The notes beneath the pieces are model-generated. The model worked only from the letters and a program-made list of their open reading frames with translations. It made no database searches and had not been told where the DNA came from. The position numbers and the translations under genes were made by a program. A stretch of 62,984 bases of DNA, filler included, from Asterionella formosa (lineage: Eukaryota): NCBI GenBank assembly GCA_002256025.1. It is 5 parts of 5 records of this genome, joined end to end, with 100 filler letters (N's around TTAATTAATTAA, not from the genome) between each part and the next. Parts side by side here need not be neighbours in the genome. Positions count along the whole stretch, not along the records: positions 1 to 28,612 come from NKIB01001177.1; positions 28,713 to 57,316 come from NKIB01001179.1; 3 more parts are not named here. One strand, written 5' to 3'. Shown here one piece after another: positions 21,750-34,210 of the stretch (position 1 is the stretch's first letter; the number at the start of each line of letters is the position of its first letter).

Positions 21750-24325
21750 CTAAATATATGATGACCACCATTTCCCACGTTGGGTCATTATGCTAAGTGC
21801 TTCATTACCATTTTCTTGAACACCAGCATTGGATGAGTGCTTTCGCATAGCAGATTCAATGGCGACATTTTCACCAGCATTGAAACTCCTCAACTGATTG
21901 TTGTCATTATTATTTGCCATGGTACAAAGTGCTCGACAACCATGCTTTTGCACATTAGCATTGTCTAAATGAAACTTCATTGCAGACAGAATCATAATTA
22001 TACCTCCTGCTTCAGCAATCGCCACCTTCATATTGTCATTATTCAAAGCCAAGTTCATAAGTGCTGCACAACTATACTCTTGCACATTAGCATTGTCTAA
22101 ATGGAACATCATCGCAGACATAATCATAATTATACCTCCTGCTCCAGCAATCGTCCCCTTGTTATCGTCATTATTCAAAGCCAAGTTTGTAAGCACTGCA
22201 CAACCATAGTGTTGCACATCCGCTATCAAGGAATGAGCCTTCATCGCAGACAGAATAATAGTGATACCTCCTTCTGTAGCAATCGTCACCTTGATATTGT
22301 CATTATTCAAAGCCAAGTTAATAAGAGCTGCACAACCATACTCTTGCACATTAGCATTGTCTAAATGAAACTTCATCGCAGACAGAATCTTAGTTATACC
22401 TCCTTCACGAGCAATCATCACCTTGTTTCTGTCATTATTATTAACCAAGTCCATAAGTGCTCCACAACCATAGTGTTGCACATAAGCATTTGATAAATGA
22501 GTCGACATTGCAGACAGAATCGTAATTATACCTCCTTTCACGAGCAATCGTCACCTTGATATTGTCATTATTCAAAGCCAAGTTCATAAGTACTGCACAA
22601 CCATAGTGTTGCACATCAGCTATCAAGGAATGAGCCTTCATTGCAGACAGAATAATAGTGATACCTCCTTCTGCAGCAATCTTCACCTTGATATTGTCAT
22701 TATTCAAAGCCAAGTTCATAAGTGCTCCACAACCATACACTTGCACATTAGCATTGTGTAAATGAAACTTCATTGCAGGCAGAATAATTTTTGTGATACA
22801 TCCTTCTGCAGCAATCGTCAATGTTCTCAGCCAATCTCAAAAGTGCTCCACAACCAGAATATTGCACATTAGCATTATATGAATGAATCCTCATTGCCGA
22901 CAGAATCGAAGTTATACCTCCTGCTTCAGCAATCGTCATCTTGTTCTTGTCATTCAAAGCCAAGTTCACAAGTGCTCCTAGACCATATTCTTGTACCTTA
23001 GCATTTGATAAATGAGTCTCCATTGCAGACAGAATCGTAGTGATACCTCCAACTTGAGCAATTGTCACCCTGTTGTTGTCATTCATAGCCAGGTTCAAAA
23101 GTGCTCCACAACCAAAGTGTTGCAAACTAGCATTGTATGAATGATTGTTCAGCGCACATAGAATCGTAGTGATACCTCCTTCTGCTACAGCAATTTTCAC
23201 CTTGTTGTCGTCATTCAAAGCCAAGTTCGCAATTGTTCCACAACCATATTGTTGCACAGTAGCATTGTCAGCATGAAAAGTCATCGCAGACAGAATCGTA
23301 GTGATACCTATTTCTCGAGCAACATTCACCTTGTTGTCGTCATTCGAAGTCCCGTTCCAAAGTGCTCTACAACCATATTCTTGCACATCCGCGTTGGATT
23401 TATAAGTCCTCATCTTATACAGAATCAAAGATAAATTCAAGTTGACAGAGATAAATGTGACTTGCTTCTCATATTTTGCCAAATCAGTAAGCACATGCCT
23501 TTTGAGCGCAGACTGCCAAGTACTGGATTTCAGCGCTTTCTTGTCAAACTCTTGCAAGCAATGGCGCATCATACCTTTACTTTCCAGATCTTCAACAAAT
23601 TCTTTAAAATCCTTCAGCTTGTTCAGCTCGAACCCAGACTTCTTGTATTCCTTCAGACCCTCAACCGGTGATGATTTGTTCACTTCATCAAGAAAATTCT
23701 TTTCATCGGTCACAACATCACCTGGAAGCATGGGAAAAGGATACCCAAATGCTTTTGCCAATCCCCCAGCCGCATTCCATAGCGATGCAATAGTCACTCC
23801 AACAGCACAAACCTTGGCCCCTATCTATACAATTTTTTTGACTTGCTTCTGATAGTTTTTCGTTTCGATTTTGTATGAGACAACTGGTAGGAGCGTCAGC
23901 CCACACAACACCTGAAGATTTACCACTTCAGTTTTCCTACCACCACTGAAAAGTCGCCAGCTTTTTCTGAAAGCAGTGGCTGTCTCCTTGTTCTTCGAAG
24001 AGTCAAGAAAGTCGCGGCAGCATTCAAATAACTCCCGAGCTCGACCAATAACCTCTTCTGTTTCCTTCACTCCAACGCTAGCTTGATAATAAATTGAGGG
24101 CTTGAACTTCGCTGTTCTCTTGAATATGTCAAATTCGTCAGCAGTGAGAAAGTTAAACATATATGGGAATTCCACCTCTTCAAGTTGGTCCATCAAATCA
24201 TGGATTTGGCCGTTGATCAACTGTATGTATTGGAGCGTCACAGACTGGGCATGCAGCAAAGCATCCGCAAAAACTTTGGTTTCATCAGGGATTTGGGGCA
24301 CGACATCCTTGATTTCATCCACCAC
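21750..24325 (-). pseudogene. Armadillo-repeat protein gene disrupted by one in-frame stop and two frameshifts
   Basis: About 12 tandem ~42-aa ARM repeats (VQxYGCxALxNLALNxDNxKVxIAxxGGIxxILSAMxxH). An in-frame TAG at 23825-23827 lies between two same-frame ORFs. Frameshifts near 22820 (deletion) and 22537 (extra T versus sister repeats). Confidence 0.8.
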
Positions 24326-24958
24326 GTATTTATGTATCCTTTCTTTTCATCCAGAAAGAGACTATTAACATTATTATGAATGCAATGGCATTTCATTTTA
24401 TAATTGAACTGAAGGATGTGGTAAAAACATTGTTCATCAAATCATTCCCACCTAACATTGATGATTACCGGACTTTGAGTAACCCTAACTGGACTTCATT
24501 TGTTGAGGTTGATGATCATCAGGAAGGAGATACCAGGAACAACTGACTTCTAATGTGCTTGTACATTAGTAAGTCAAAAGACAAATCTACCAATTTGTCT
24601 GCAATTGGTCAGTTGCAAGGTGCTGGATGACCCTTTTCTTCATAAAAATTAAATATTTGTGTTCATGAGTATTTCATTTTTTAAGTTAGGGTTGCTGAAG
24701 GTGGACAACTTCAGCATACAGTAATCGTTGACCACCTAGCAGGCTTCTTGATGACTTCGAATCAGAAGAGGAAGCAAAAACAGCAAAAAAATAATAAAAT
24801 AGGCGCAGTCGTGTTTCTTCCAATAGTCCAATAAACACCACGGAAAGGCAGATCGCAAAGTACAAAACGAAGATGAACAAACAGAACTGCACATGTCGAT
24901 CGGTCGCTAGCTTCAAATGTATGCATATCTCAAGTCGAATCTTGTAAACAGGAATTGC

Positions 24959-26131
24959 TCAGTCACCCCACATTTCTTTCTGGAGAGCTCCCATGATGCT
25001 CCCCTTCCTTTCTATGATCGATGTGCTGAATTTTCGCAGCGATGCAATGTGAGTCACATTCGTAAGAGGTGTTGCCAATAACGCCGCCCAGGTTCGCTCC
25101 ACAAAGTGGCTTTCCTCGATGTTATTGCCCCGTGATAGACTCATCTCCAGCTTTGCCCAAACCTCTGCTGGCTGCCGTTGGATAGCCTTCATACTTACAG
25201 AAAACGATCCCCCATAGCACACTTGTGTAAGGTTCTGGGGCATATTTATTTGCAACACATTGTGAAATTCTCCTAGATCCCTGAAATCGCTTTTGAACCC
25301 TTTTGCCTTCTCCGTGTTGTTCAGGCCAGACTTCCATCTACCGTACCTTTTCAATACAAACTTTTGCAAGATGCTAGTATCATGATAGGCAGATATCACG
25401 GCTGGTTTCTTGTTTTTGGTATGCCATCCAGGTTTGGTCGGTTCCATCCCACAAGAAAATCCTGTTTGAGAAGTGATCCGCAGCATTTCCTCTAGAGTTC
25501 TAAATTTTCCAGGTTGATGAATGTTCGCTGCCACTCGATCCGTATCTTTGAGAAATACAATCACATCTGCGCTATCTGAAAGTTGCGGAACCTTTCCTTG
25601 GACTAGCAAGTGCAACCAGTGTGCGTAAGAATGATCGCAGCCTCCGACATTTGGCGCTGATACAATGGTGGGCACGGTAAGGGCCTCGTCAATTTCTGTG
25701 GCCCCCTCCTTCCCACACTTTGAGATAATGGTCGACTGAATGTTCAAGTCTTGAAAATCGCGAGAGAATTTCATCAACCAATCCAACGTATGGTTGCAGT
25801 GAGCAATGACGAAGTGAATGTGCTTGAATTCGCGGGCATTGCCGCCGACAGCATCCGCCTTCCACAATCCGCCGCATTCTGGATCACTGTCGCACAAGAC
25901 GCATTGACAACCGGCTCCTCGCTTCGATGCAGGGCTACGAACGCTCCTGCCTTGCATCATACTAGGCTCCACAAGGGCATGAGGTTGTCGCACCTGTACA
26001 CCATGACGAATCAAACGCTTGTGCAGAACGAGGAGGAACGCAGTCACCACAACGAAGATCAGACGCCACAGCAGAGCAAAGCCGGCTTGCGCCTTTCTCT
26101 TGGCATGAATTGACTGCTTAGCTCTTTCCAT
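24959..26131 (-). CDS. Type II membrane DUF3431-like / putative glycosyltransferase
   Basis: N-terminal TM segment (FALLWRLIFVVVTAFLLVL), then FVIAHCNHTLDW, PNVGGCDHSY, VIVFLKD, CYGGSFSVS and IEESHFVERTW. An alternative start is at 26206. Confidence 0.75.
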   Translation of the reverse strand: MERAKQSIHAKRKAQAGFALLWRLIFVVVTAFLLVLHKRLIRHGVQVRQPHALVEPSMMQGRSVRSPASKRGAGCQCVLCDSDPECGGLWKADAVGGNAREFKHIHFVIAHCNHTLDWLMKFSRDFQDLNIQSTIISKCGKEGATEIDEALTVPTIVSAPNVGGCDHSYAHWLHLLVQGKVPQLSDSADVIVFLKDTDRVAANIHQPGKFRTLEEMLRITSQTGFSCGMEPTKPGWHTKNKKPAVISAYHDTSILQKFVLKRYGRWKSGLNNTEKAKGFKSDFRDLGEFHNVLQINMPQNLTQVCYGGSFSVSMKAIQRQPAEVWAKLEMSLSRGNNIEESHFVERTWAALLATPLTNVTHIASLRKFSTSIIERKGSIMGALQKEMWGD

Positions 26132-26999
26132 TTTCTGCAATGGAAGAGACAGAAGAAGGCTGCTGAGAGGTGAACTGTGGTACCGGTAGGGGGAAGTCCG
26201 CCGCATTATCAACAAAAGGAGCACATGGCAATGACGTTGTACTCTCGAGTCGGTACCAGGTAGACTACCAGTCTTGACTTTGACCACTACTGGTACCGGT
26301 ATAACGGGGTCATCTTACATTTTGTACCATGACATACAAACGTTTTCAATTTTGCTTACTTACAAATAGCGATACGATATAATATTTACTATCTATGAAC
26401 AAGTCATTTGGTTCACGCATGCATAGGATGTCCTGACGGGGTTATATTATGGGAAATGACAGAATACTATGGTACTCCGTACATGTTGTGTTCAAGTGGT
26501 TGTTGGGATAAGCGACTCCGAAAATGTTGAGCGAGGCGCAGCATGCTGATGGGAACAAAATAAAATTACCTCCTCGTTGTGCTGGGCTGACTTTTTATCT
26601 TCATATACGATATCAATTAATCTTTTATACTCCAAAATAAAATAGCTTGCTTTAATAACGCTTTCTTCAGTGGGGCGGATGATCTTTTTATTATTGCCCG
26701 ATTGTGTGCGCCAACCCATTTGTAAACAGGCATCATGAGGATACTATGTAGCGGGTATACTACCGGTAGTTGTTTGCACCAGCATAGCAACGAATAGATT
26801 TTGTGCTGTCTACCGGTACATCATTCCTATATCTTATATACCGGTACCTGGTACCCCAGTACGCAGCAGCCTGATGTGATCTGGCAGGAGACCATCACAA
26901 CTATGGGTGCTATGCTGGTCAATCAATTGTTGTCCAAGAATGCAAGCTTGCAGTGATGAGTGTTAAGCTCACTTCTACCTCAACAACCACTGCAAAAAA

Positions 27000-27800
27000 T
27001 CTAGCACAATAGCTCTTAACTGCAGTTCATCAATCATTTTAGAAGACATCTTGTAATTAGAACATGCCATTGTTGATATGAAAATTTTCTATAAAGAAAT
27101 GTTTATATTTCAATTGCATCCTCACTAATAGGGTTCTTATCATCCAGCAGATGCGATTTTCTGCAGCATTAGAATGGAAGATTGCCAGCCATGTTTCCAC
27201 TTTGCAATCATTTCTTTCAATAAACAATTGAAAAGGGGACAGAAAGCAACCAGTGAGATGACATACCTTGATCCTATGTACATGATAATCTTAATTTGCA
27301 GACATTTTCATCCACTGATGAAAGGGGAATGCTAGGTGAGAGAGATAAGGAAATGTGATACAAATTTAAAAAAAGAACGCATTGGTAAATTTGATGAAGC
27401 CTTGATTAATGAAGCATCCATTAATGACAACGATGAACCCTTTATCTTTCACCCTCAAGAAACCAATGATGATCCTTATGATCATGTCACAGCTAAAAAT
27501 ATAAGCTCTGATCAGGTCCATGTTCCAGATGAAATGATTTATACTCTGGTAATGCTCCCACATGGTGAGGACCGCCATGAACTTGCTAAAGTCATTGGAT
27601 GGTAACTTGATTGGATGAAAACACACCAAGCAACCCTATTCTTGACTCAAGATGATTCACTGTTTGAATTCCCAGATGGAGAAACCCGAGATATTGCTTT
27701 TAACACATTGGCTGCACAATTATTTTGGAAATAGATGAAGAAGGGAAACCACACCACATCTTCAATGAAATTCTAAACCACTGTGAGGGACAAACATACA
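27000..27800 (+). mobile_element. Decayed Copia (CoDi-like) pol fragment between integrase and RT
   Basis: VMLPHGEDRHELAKVIG...NPILDSR...FPDGE...DEEG remnants across frameshifts. Confidence 0.7.
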
Positions 27801-27984
27801 AAGATTAAACACCCAACAGGTATCTGGGCGACTCAATCTTGCTTCGTAATTTATGAGGCATTGGAACATACCAGTTTATTATGTACTCTATTCGATTTGG
27901 AATTAATTTTTAATAGTAGTAGGGGCTGTTACTAGCCAGAGAATTTTTTGGAGCTTTGTGCTTCATGATAGGCCAACAAGCCGC

Positions 27985-28050
27985 AAAGAAGTTTAGCTTC
28001 CTTCATCCTATATTAAATTGTTTGTTTAAGCAAAATGACCGCAACTTGCT
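27985..28050. repeat. Partial copy of ~90-bp MITE-like element
   Basis: Ends TTTAAGCAAAATGACCGCAACTTGCT, as in the copies at 33811 and 54130. Confidence 0.7.
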
Positions 28051-28318
28051 TCAACATCCCCAGTATTCAAATATCATGATGATGCGAGTATCTTTAGGTA
28101 TCACATCGGCACCGGTAGTATGTAGCGTACTACCGGCATGTATTGTACCCAAGAATCATATGTACATGGCAAAATTTCAGATGTCATGGGAGGAGCGGAT
28201 TCTAAATGGTCGGTCCTCGCTTCCCCTCCTCATGATCAACAATAGCTTACCGGTACTGGTATCTCAACTCCATAATCCCATTATTGCGAGAATGGTGGCG
28301 AAGAGACGACATCCAACG

Positions 28319-28612
28319 ATGCGTCAGCTTTTTAGTTGGGCTCCTCAGTTGTGGTTGTTGAGTTCTGTTGTGTCCTACTGCCAAGGCTTTTCTTTCCCAG
28401 CTGTTGCAACAACAACAAGGACGTTGTTCCAAAAGACTGCTGCCACTGCTACTGCTAGTACGGATACTAGAGAAATAACGTTTTCCAACTTTTGGATTGC
28501 AACAGACGCCAATTGGACTCTCTGCGAGGCACCTAACGAGGCGATATCACCGAACTTCACCTCCAAAAGTGGTTCGTCCTACTATGACTTGGGACATGGG
28601 ATTGTTCGGACC
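28319..28612 (+). CDS. 5' part of a gene with signal and transit-like peptide, truncated by gap
   Basis: MRQLFSWAPQLWLLSSVVSYCQG-FSFP followed by a Thr/Ala-rich segment. The frame stays open up to the N spacer. Confidence 0.55.
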
Positions 28613-28712
28613 NNNNNNNNNNNNNNNNNNNNNNNNNNNNNNNNNNNNNNNNNNNNTTAATTAATTAANNNNNNNNNNNNNNNNNNNNNNNNNNNNNNNN
28701 NNNNNNNNNNNN
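28613..28712. other. Artificial contig spacer
   Basis: N44-TTAATTAATTAA-N44, which places stops in all six frames. Confidence 0.98.
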
Positions 28713-31700
28713 TGATGACTCCATGACCATTAATCATCAACAAAGCTTCCCCCAAGGGAGCAAAACCTCTTCATGACTCCTGCCCAGTGGACTTCTCCAA
28801 TATTTAATGGCCTAAGAGTCTATGCCTCTGATCGATGGAAAGAATGCAATGCCTTCTTCCATGGTGCCATTTTGCTATTAGTAGCTACCTGCAAGCAGTT
28901 CTGTTACCAGTTTTGCACAAAAGTGTTGCCATCTGCATAATGAGCAAGTTTTTCAAGGTCATCCATGATTACTTTTTCACTTAATATTCAGAAAATCGAT
29001 AAGCATTGTTCTTTCTATCATTGATACAAGTTTCTCCTAACTACCGTAAATTTCAAATGATTTTTTTGTTTACTTAAATATCGAAAAAGTTGAACAATTT
29101 TTTGTGCTACTTTCGAAATTGTCATTATGCTAGTGGATGTTGATGCTGAAGATTTCGGACCAATATTATCCCCCACCAAAGACTCAAGCCTTGGGAGGCG
29201 AGAGATAGAATCTGTAATAGTCAGCATTATCAGTACCCTTCACATCGTGAAAAGTAAGAAGAAGATATTCTTCAATATAAAGCCTCCACCGGAGAAGACG
29301 TTGAGTGTCTGTGTAGGGTATTATAAATAAAAATACAATGCTCAGTGTGAACATGTAGAACCGCATTCCATGACATAGAGCGAAATTCTTTGAAAGTTTC
29401 TTAATTGACAATCAGAAACATCAGTAAAAATATGGAAAGGAAAATTACGATCAGGATAACGCATGAGTGTATCTTCAACTAACAATGCTTTCATTGTTTC
29501 AAAAGCTTGCTCATGTATGACCAGTTCCATTTAAATCCTTTTTCTAAATTTTGAAGACCAATATTTGAGGTCGGTTGGAGTTAATCGATATCCCAATGAG
29601 TCAGTTTCTTCAACAGACCATTTCATTTTGGAATTGTGCTTGATGAATTGTGGTGGAATAAATTTATTTCAGCCATAACAGCAGCTTTACGTGTCTGTGT
29701 TGTTTGCAGCTTTAATGTTCCATGTGTAAACATAATCCTTGATAGGTGTATCAAAAGAATGTAACAACCCATTTTGTAAATGAACAACCCATTTTGTAAA
29801 TGTTCTGTATCATTATAGGAATCAATGACATGCAAAAAAACACTGATATATCCACCACACAGGACATGGTATTTTGTACAAAATCCATCATAAATTAACC
29901 AGCTGGATAAATGAGCAAACTCGCAGAATTGACTAAGACCAGGTACTTCTGTTGCAGGATATAAGCTGACGGAATAAAATTTTGGAGCATCATGTGTTAT
30001 AAAAGAGTACTGGCAAAGGAAGAAAAGATCATACCTGCTATGCATGATGGTATATATTAATTATAAATGTTCGATGGACAACGAAATTTCCTGAAGTACA
30101 ATCCATTTATAAGTAAGAGATCAGGACCCACCGTGATCAAATAACATTCATCTTATGTCATATATATACACAGCAGCCATCAATCCTTGGGTTGCTTATA
30201 AAATGGGAATGAAATGCAATCAAGCTTATGCATTCAGAGGCAAAGAAAGAAATGAGACCGGAATCAGGCTTTGAGATGTGCATATGGGATGATATATTGA
30301 ATCTACCTGCATTTTAAAATATCCCGCATTACAAATAGCGGCGATATCCAACCTGTAATATCCTGTAAATTATAATGTTATCCAGGTAATGATTGACGTA
30401 AGACATATTCAATGTACTGTCACTCATAAATATATGTATATATATGTATAGATGCATATATTATAAAAATCATAGCGTTGCTATTGTCGCACATACTTCT
30501 GTTAAGGCTATCTGTTCAGCGTTCTGCTGGTTTTCAGGCACAATGGCTACTAGCTGACCAACAGGAGGGAACATGACCACTAAAATTTTCTGGGCAGATT
30601 CATAAAAGTCGGCAGGTATGGCCCTCGGCACAGTACCCTTACCAGACATCATCATGGGCTTAACCTATAGATTTGCTTGTATAAAACATGCACGAAAAAA
30701 AATGAATAGGGTTAGCTTTGTCAGTATGAAAATTCGCTCCGCGTGGAATTTCCACGCCAGTGGAACATGAACAGGAACAGGGTTAGTAGTGTTAGTAATG
30801 TAAGTCGATGGGCCTTCTGTTTGACCGTTGTTTCATGCTTGAGGATGTGCTTGAGTTGATCGTTGAATGATTGTTGACTCTCGAAGTAAGTCAAAACCAA
30901 GCGAATTAATTATTTTGTGTTCATTTCATTGTTCCATTCAAACACTTGTTGCTGCCACGCATTGTCAATAAAGCAAAATGACAATCAACCTCAAATCTTT
31001 CTTGGCGGAGACCTCTTGATCTTCTGGCTGAGGTATCATGAGTTTCAGGAACTTCTTTAAGATCTTGAGAGGACTGGCAGCGAAGTCGATCATAAACATC
31101 TTGAAATTTTTAACTGAGTATTATAATGGCATCCACTGATGCTGACTCTCAGAGATATCATGAAGAAGGTAATCTTCCAGCCACATCACCATGACTTTGT
31201 TGTTGAGACTGTTAGGAGATTGAGCATCTGGGTGTATTGCAACGCTCATCCATTCAGAAAAGACAATATCTGTGAGTAATCTTTTGTAGCAGTAGGTGAA
31301 CAAGCAATGAATCTGCTAGACTGAAGGTATATGTGTTAGCAATATCACAGGATTTACTGAAATCAATCAACAAGCTTCCACTGAGTGTTCACTGATCATA
31401 TCTTTGTTGAAAGACTCCAAACATCGACCTGGTAGGGATACACAAAGAGGTCTGAATCTTGATGTTTAGTGTGTTGTTATCCTTCATCAGTGGGACCACT
31501 GGAACTTGAGAAGACAGTATATCAACATGATTATTAATTCTAATTGGACTCTTTTTGAATTCAAAGTGAAGGATCTAACTAGAAGTAGTAGTATTTGTTG
31601 AATATATGAGCTTATTTGTTAATCCTTGCATGTAACTCGTTCTCTAAGTCGACACCAAAGTATACAATAAGTGTTAGTCGAGTTCTCTCATTATTGAGTT
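28713..31700 (-). mobile_element. Decayed Ty3/Gypsy retrotransposon (gag remnant ~30900-31500; RT/RNase H remnant ~29150-29550)
   Basis: QAFETMKALLVEDTLMRYPDRNFPFHIFTDVSDCQL and TQRLLRWRLYIEEY are Gypsy RNase H motifs. The upstream helical gag-like remnant carries stops. Boundaries are approximate. Confidence 0.7.
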
Positions 31701-32709
31701 CTGATGTATATGAAATAACACTAACCCTATTTACATCTGTATTGATGCGCAAGATCGCTCACCAGGTACTATCTGGTGATGGGGCAGCAGACCAGCTCTA
31801 CGTAGGGACAGTATGTTAGTCGCATCCTAACAATGCATGTACGTACTGGTAGTTTTTCTCAATGCTTTCCACCATGCTGCATAGGACTATACTAGTGCAG
31901 TAATTTACTATGTTATGTATTCTGATATTCAAATCCCAACATATAGATATATGCCGAATACATAGTAATGGAACTTGATTTCGTATGCAGTAGTAATATA
32001 CTAGATTGCCCAATCCCCGTGTATCAAGTAATTTTTCGATGTTTTCTGCGACTAAAAAAGTCAACACGGAAATTTGCTTGTTCTTCAAAAAGCAGTATGC
32101 TAATATTTCAATTGTTGATCGTCCTGACCAGTTCCAATTGGCGCGCTTCTCACCATCGATGGCAGGGCTCATTGTGGAGTACTATTTCCGATGTAGAAAT
32201 TGCATAACGAGGGCTCATGGGTTGAGAAATCTGCCATTTCCATAACAACGGGAATATAGTTAAGTCATTTGAGTCAAAGCATGCGGAAAAATTAGAGTGA
32301 TTATGCTTTGATATGATGCATATGATGATGTGATTATCAACTATGTATGCTCAGCTTTCAGTCATCAGCTGTGCTTCCATCACTCAAGCGATTTTTCAAT
32401 GCAAGAAGGCAGCTTCATTCAGCTGGACACTCATCAATCAACAGTGCACACGAACAAGGTTTACATTTGTTGCTGTGGGAGTATGCATTGTCTTGCTGCA
32501 AGAGCAATTAAACCAATTCCGCTTGCTTAGCTATTGCTATGAGCACATGTGATGTTTATCAAGCAGTCTCAGCGACTTCAACAGCTCAATGTGTGGGCAT
32601 TTTTGGCATCATGATTTTTCTCTTGTTGTTATCACTGGTTCCCCATTTATGAAGATTCAATAAACCGGAATTTTCATGCTATTTTCAGTGCCTTGACCTC
32701 CCTGCAATG

Positions 32710-33483
32710 TTTCCCTTTCTTTTGGATCGTTTGCATTTACATTGGGACTGCTGAGATACAGTCGTCGTTCCACTGCGCTCTGAAACAAGGGAAAGGGAAA
32801 TATTGTGGGACCATGGAACAAAGAAAGAGTTAAATCGACAATTCACTTATGCAATATTTTATTTCAAATTGAGTATACTACATTCTCGAAATCAAGTCCT
32901 GCATAGAAGCAAGCATTTCTATGTGGCAGGACATATTACCATTTCCCATCGACCATAGCTTTGAAAACTGAGCAGTAGTTCCAGGACTCAACAATTTGCT
33001 AATTTAAAAAGGATGATAACTCCATCTATTGAAATTTTTGGATCACATGGGATTTTTTACACTAGCTTCTACTCGATTATTTCTACTGTTTGTAACTGAT
33101 GATCGACCTTGCATTTATGATACAGCATTACCCTATAAGTAATCAAAATCAACATAAACTGTGGTAGTTTCAGAATCTGGTAGTAAGGAATGAGCAAGCT
33201 AGGTTAAAGTGACAAAACAGGAATGAGGGACAGTGCTGGTTGATAGAGACTGATCCAGAGTATCTGCCTAGTACAATTAAATTCAGTCACACAATCAGCA
33301 TATAGTGTATCATCAATCACACCAGCATTTTTATCTCCCCTTGCAGCATTGTTGGGTTCCTCAACTCTTTCATGTTCCATGCTTCCACAATATTTCCCTT
33401 TCTCTTGTTTCAGAGCACAGTGGAACAACGACTGTATCTCAGTAGTCCTAATGTAAATGCAAATCTTCCAAAAGAAAGGGAAA
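32710..33483. repeat. Long inverted repeat (~120-bp arms at 32710-32831 and 33363-33483)
   Basis: TTTGCATTTACATTGGGACTGCTGAGATACAGTCGTCGTTCCACTG... versus ...CAGTGGAACAACGACTGTATCTCAGTAGTCCTAATGTAAATGCAAA. Confidence 0.85.
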
Positions 33484-33810
33484 AAATGGTAGTAGGTCCA
33501 AGGTACCAGGTACTCGCTCAGAACAAACCGGTAAATTGTATCACACACCATCCGATCTGGATACCGAGGTAAAGCCATCCATTTTTAAAAGGGGCTATGA
33601 TTAGCCAGAGAATTGTCGGAGCGTGCGCTTCATTCGGGACCGTGACCTATGTACCATAAAGTTTGGTTCCAACTACCCCGTATTGATGCTGGAACAGAAG
33701 GCAGCAATCTATCGTCAACCAGTATGTCTGATCTATCCTCCACCAGAAAAGTTTGGATCATGCAACTTTCATCAAGTGTACAATAATCCATATATGTACC
33801 GGTACATCAG

Positions 33811-33899
33811 AGCAAGTTGCGGTAATTTTGCTGAAACTAAAGATTTAGCTATCTTTATCCAGATTAAAATGTTAGTTTAAGCAAAATGACCGCAACTTG
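33811..33899. mobile_element. ~90-bp MITE-like element
   Basis: Terminal inverted repeats AGCAAGTTGCGGTAATTTTGCTGAAACT ... AGTTTAAGCAAAATGACCGCAACTTG. Confidence 0.75.
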
Positions 33900-34210
33900 G
33901 AGACTATCATGGTACGACATGATCTGAGATCAATTTCTGGAAAAAAATTGATGGATGACAATAAGCATCATTCACATGGTCAGCAATTTCTTTAAAAAAA
34001 AATTAATGGGTGACAATAAGTATCATTCTTATGGTCATCGTGGTTGTATCGTCATCCACGCCTCATCTTTATCCTTCCTTGCTACTTCACCTTTGATTGT
34101 TGGTTACGAGGATTTTACTTCACCTCCCTCTCATTGTTACATACGAGAAAATAATTTGCACCATCGATCGGGCAAACGAAAGGGAGGAGAACGTGGTCAA
34201 CGTTTCCATC

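Noticed and set aside
15327..26131. Glycosylation/cell-wall gene cluster (GT-like, lectin-ACR, DUF3431)
   Set aside because: The genes are separated by TEs and an unrelated ARM gene and belong to large families, so there is no evidence of functional linkage.
28657..28668. Recurring TTAATTAATTAA between N runs
   Set aside because: Artificial six-frame-stop spacer. ORF tails reading X...LIN are artefacts.
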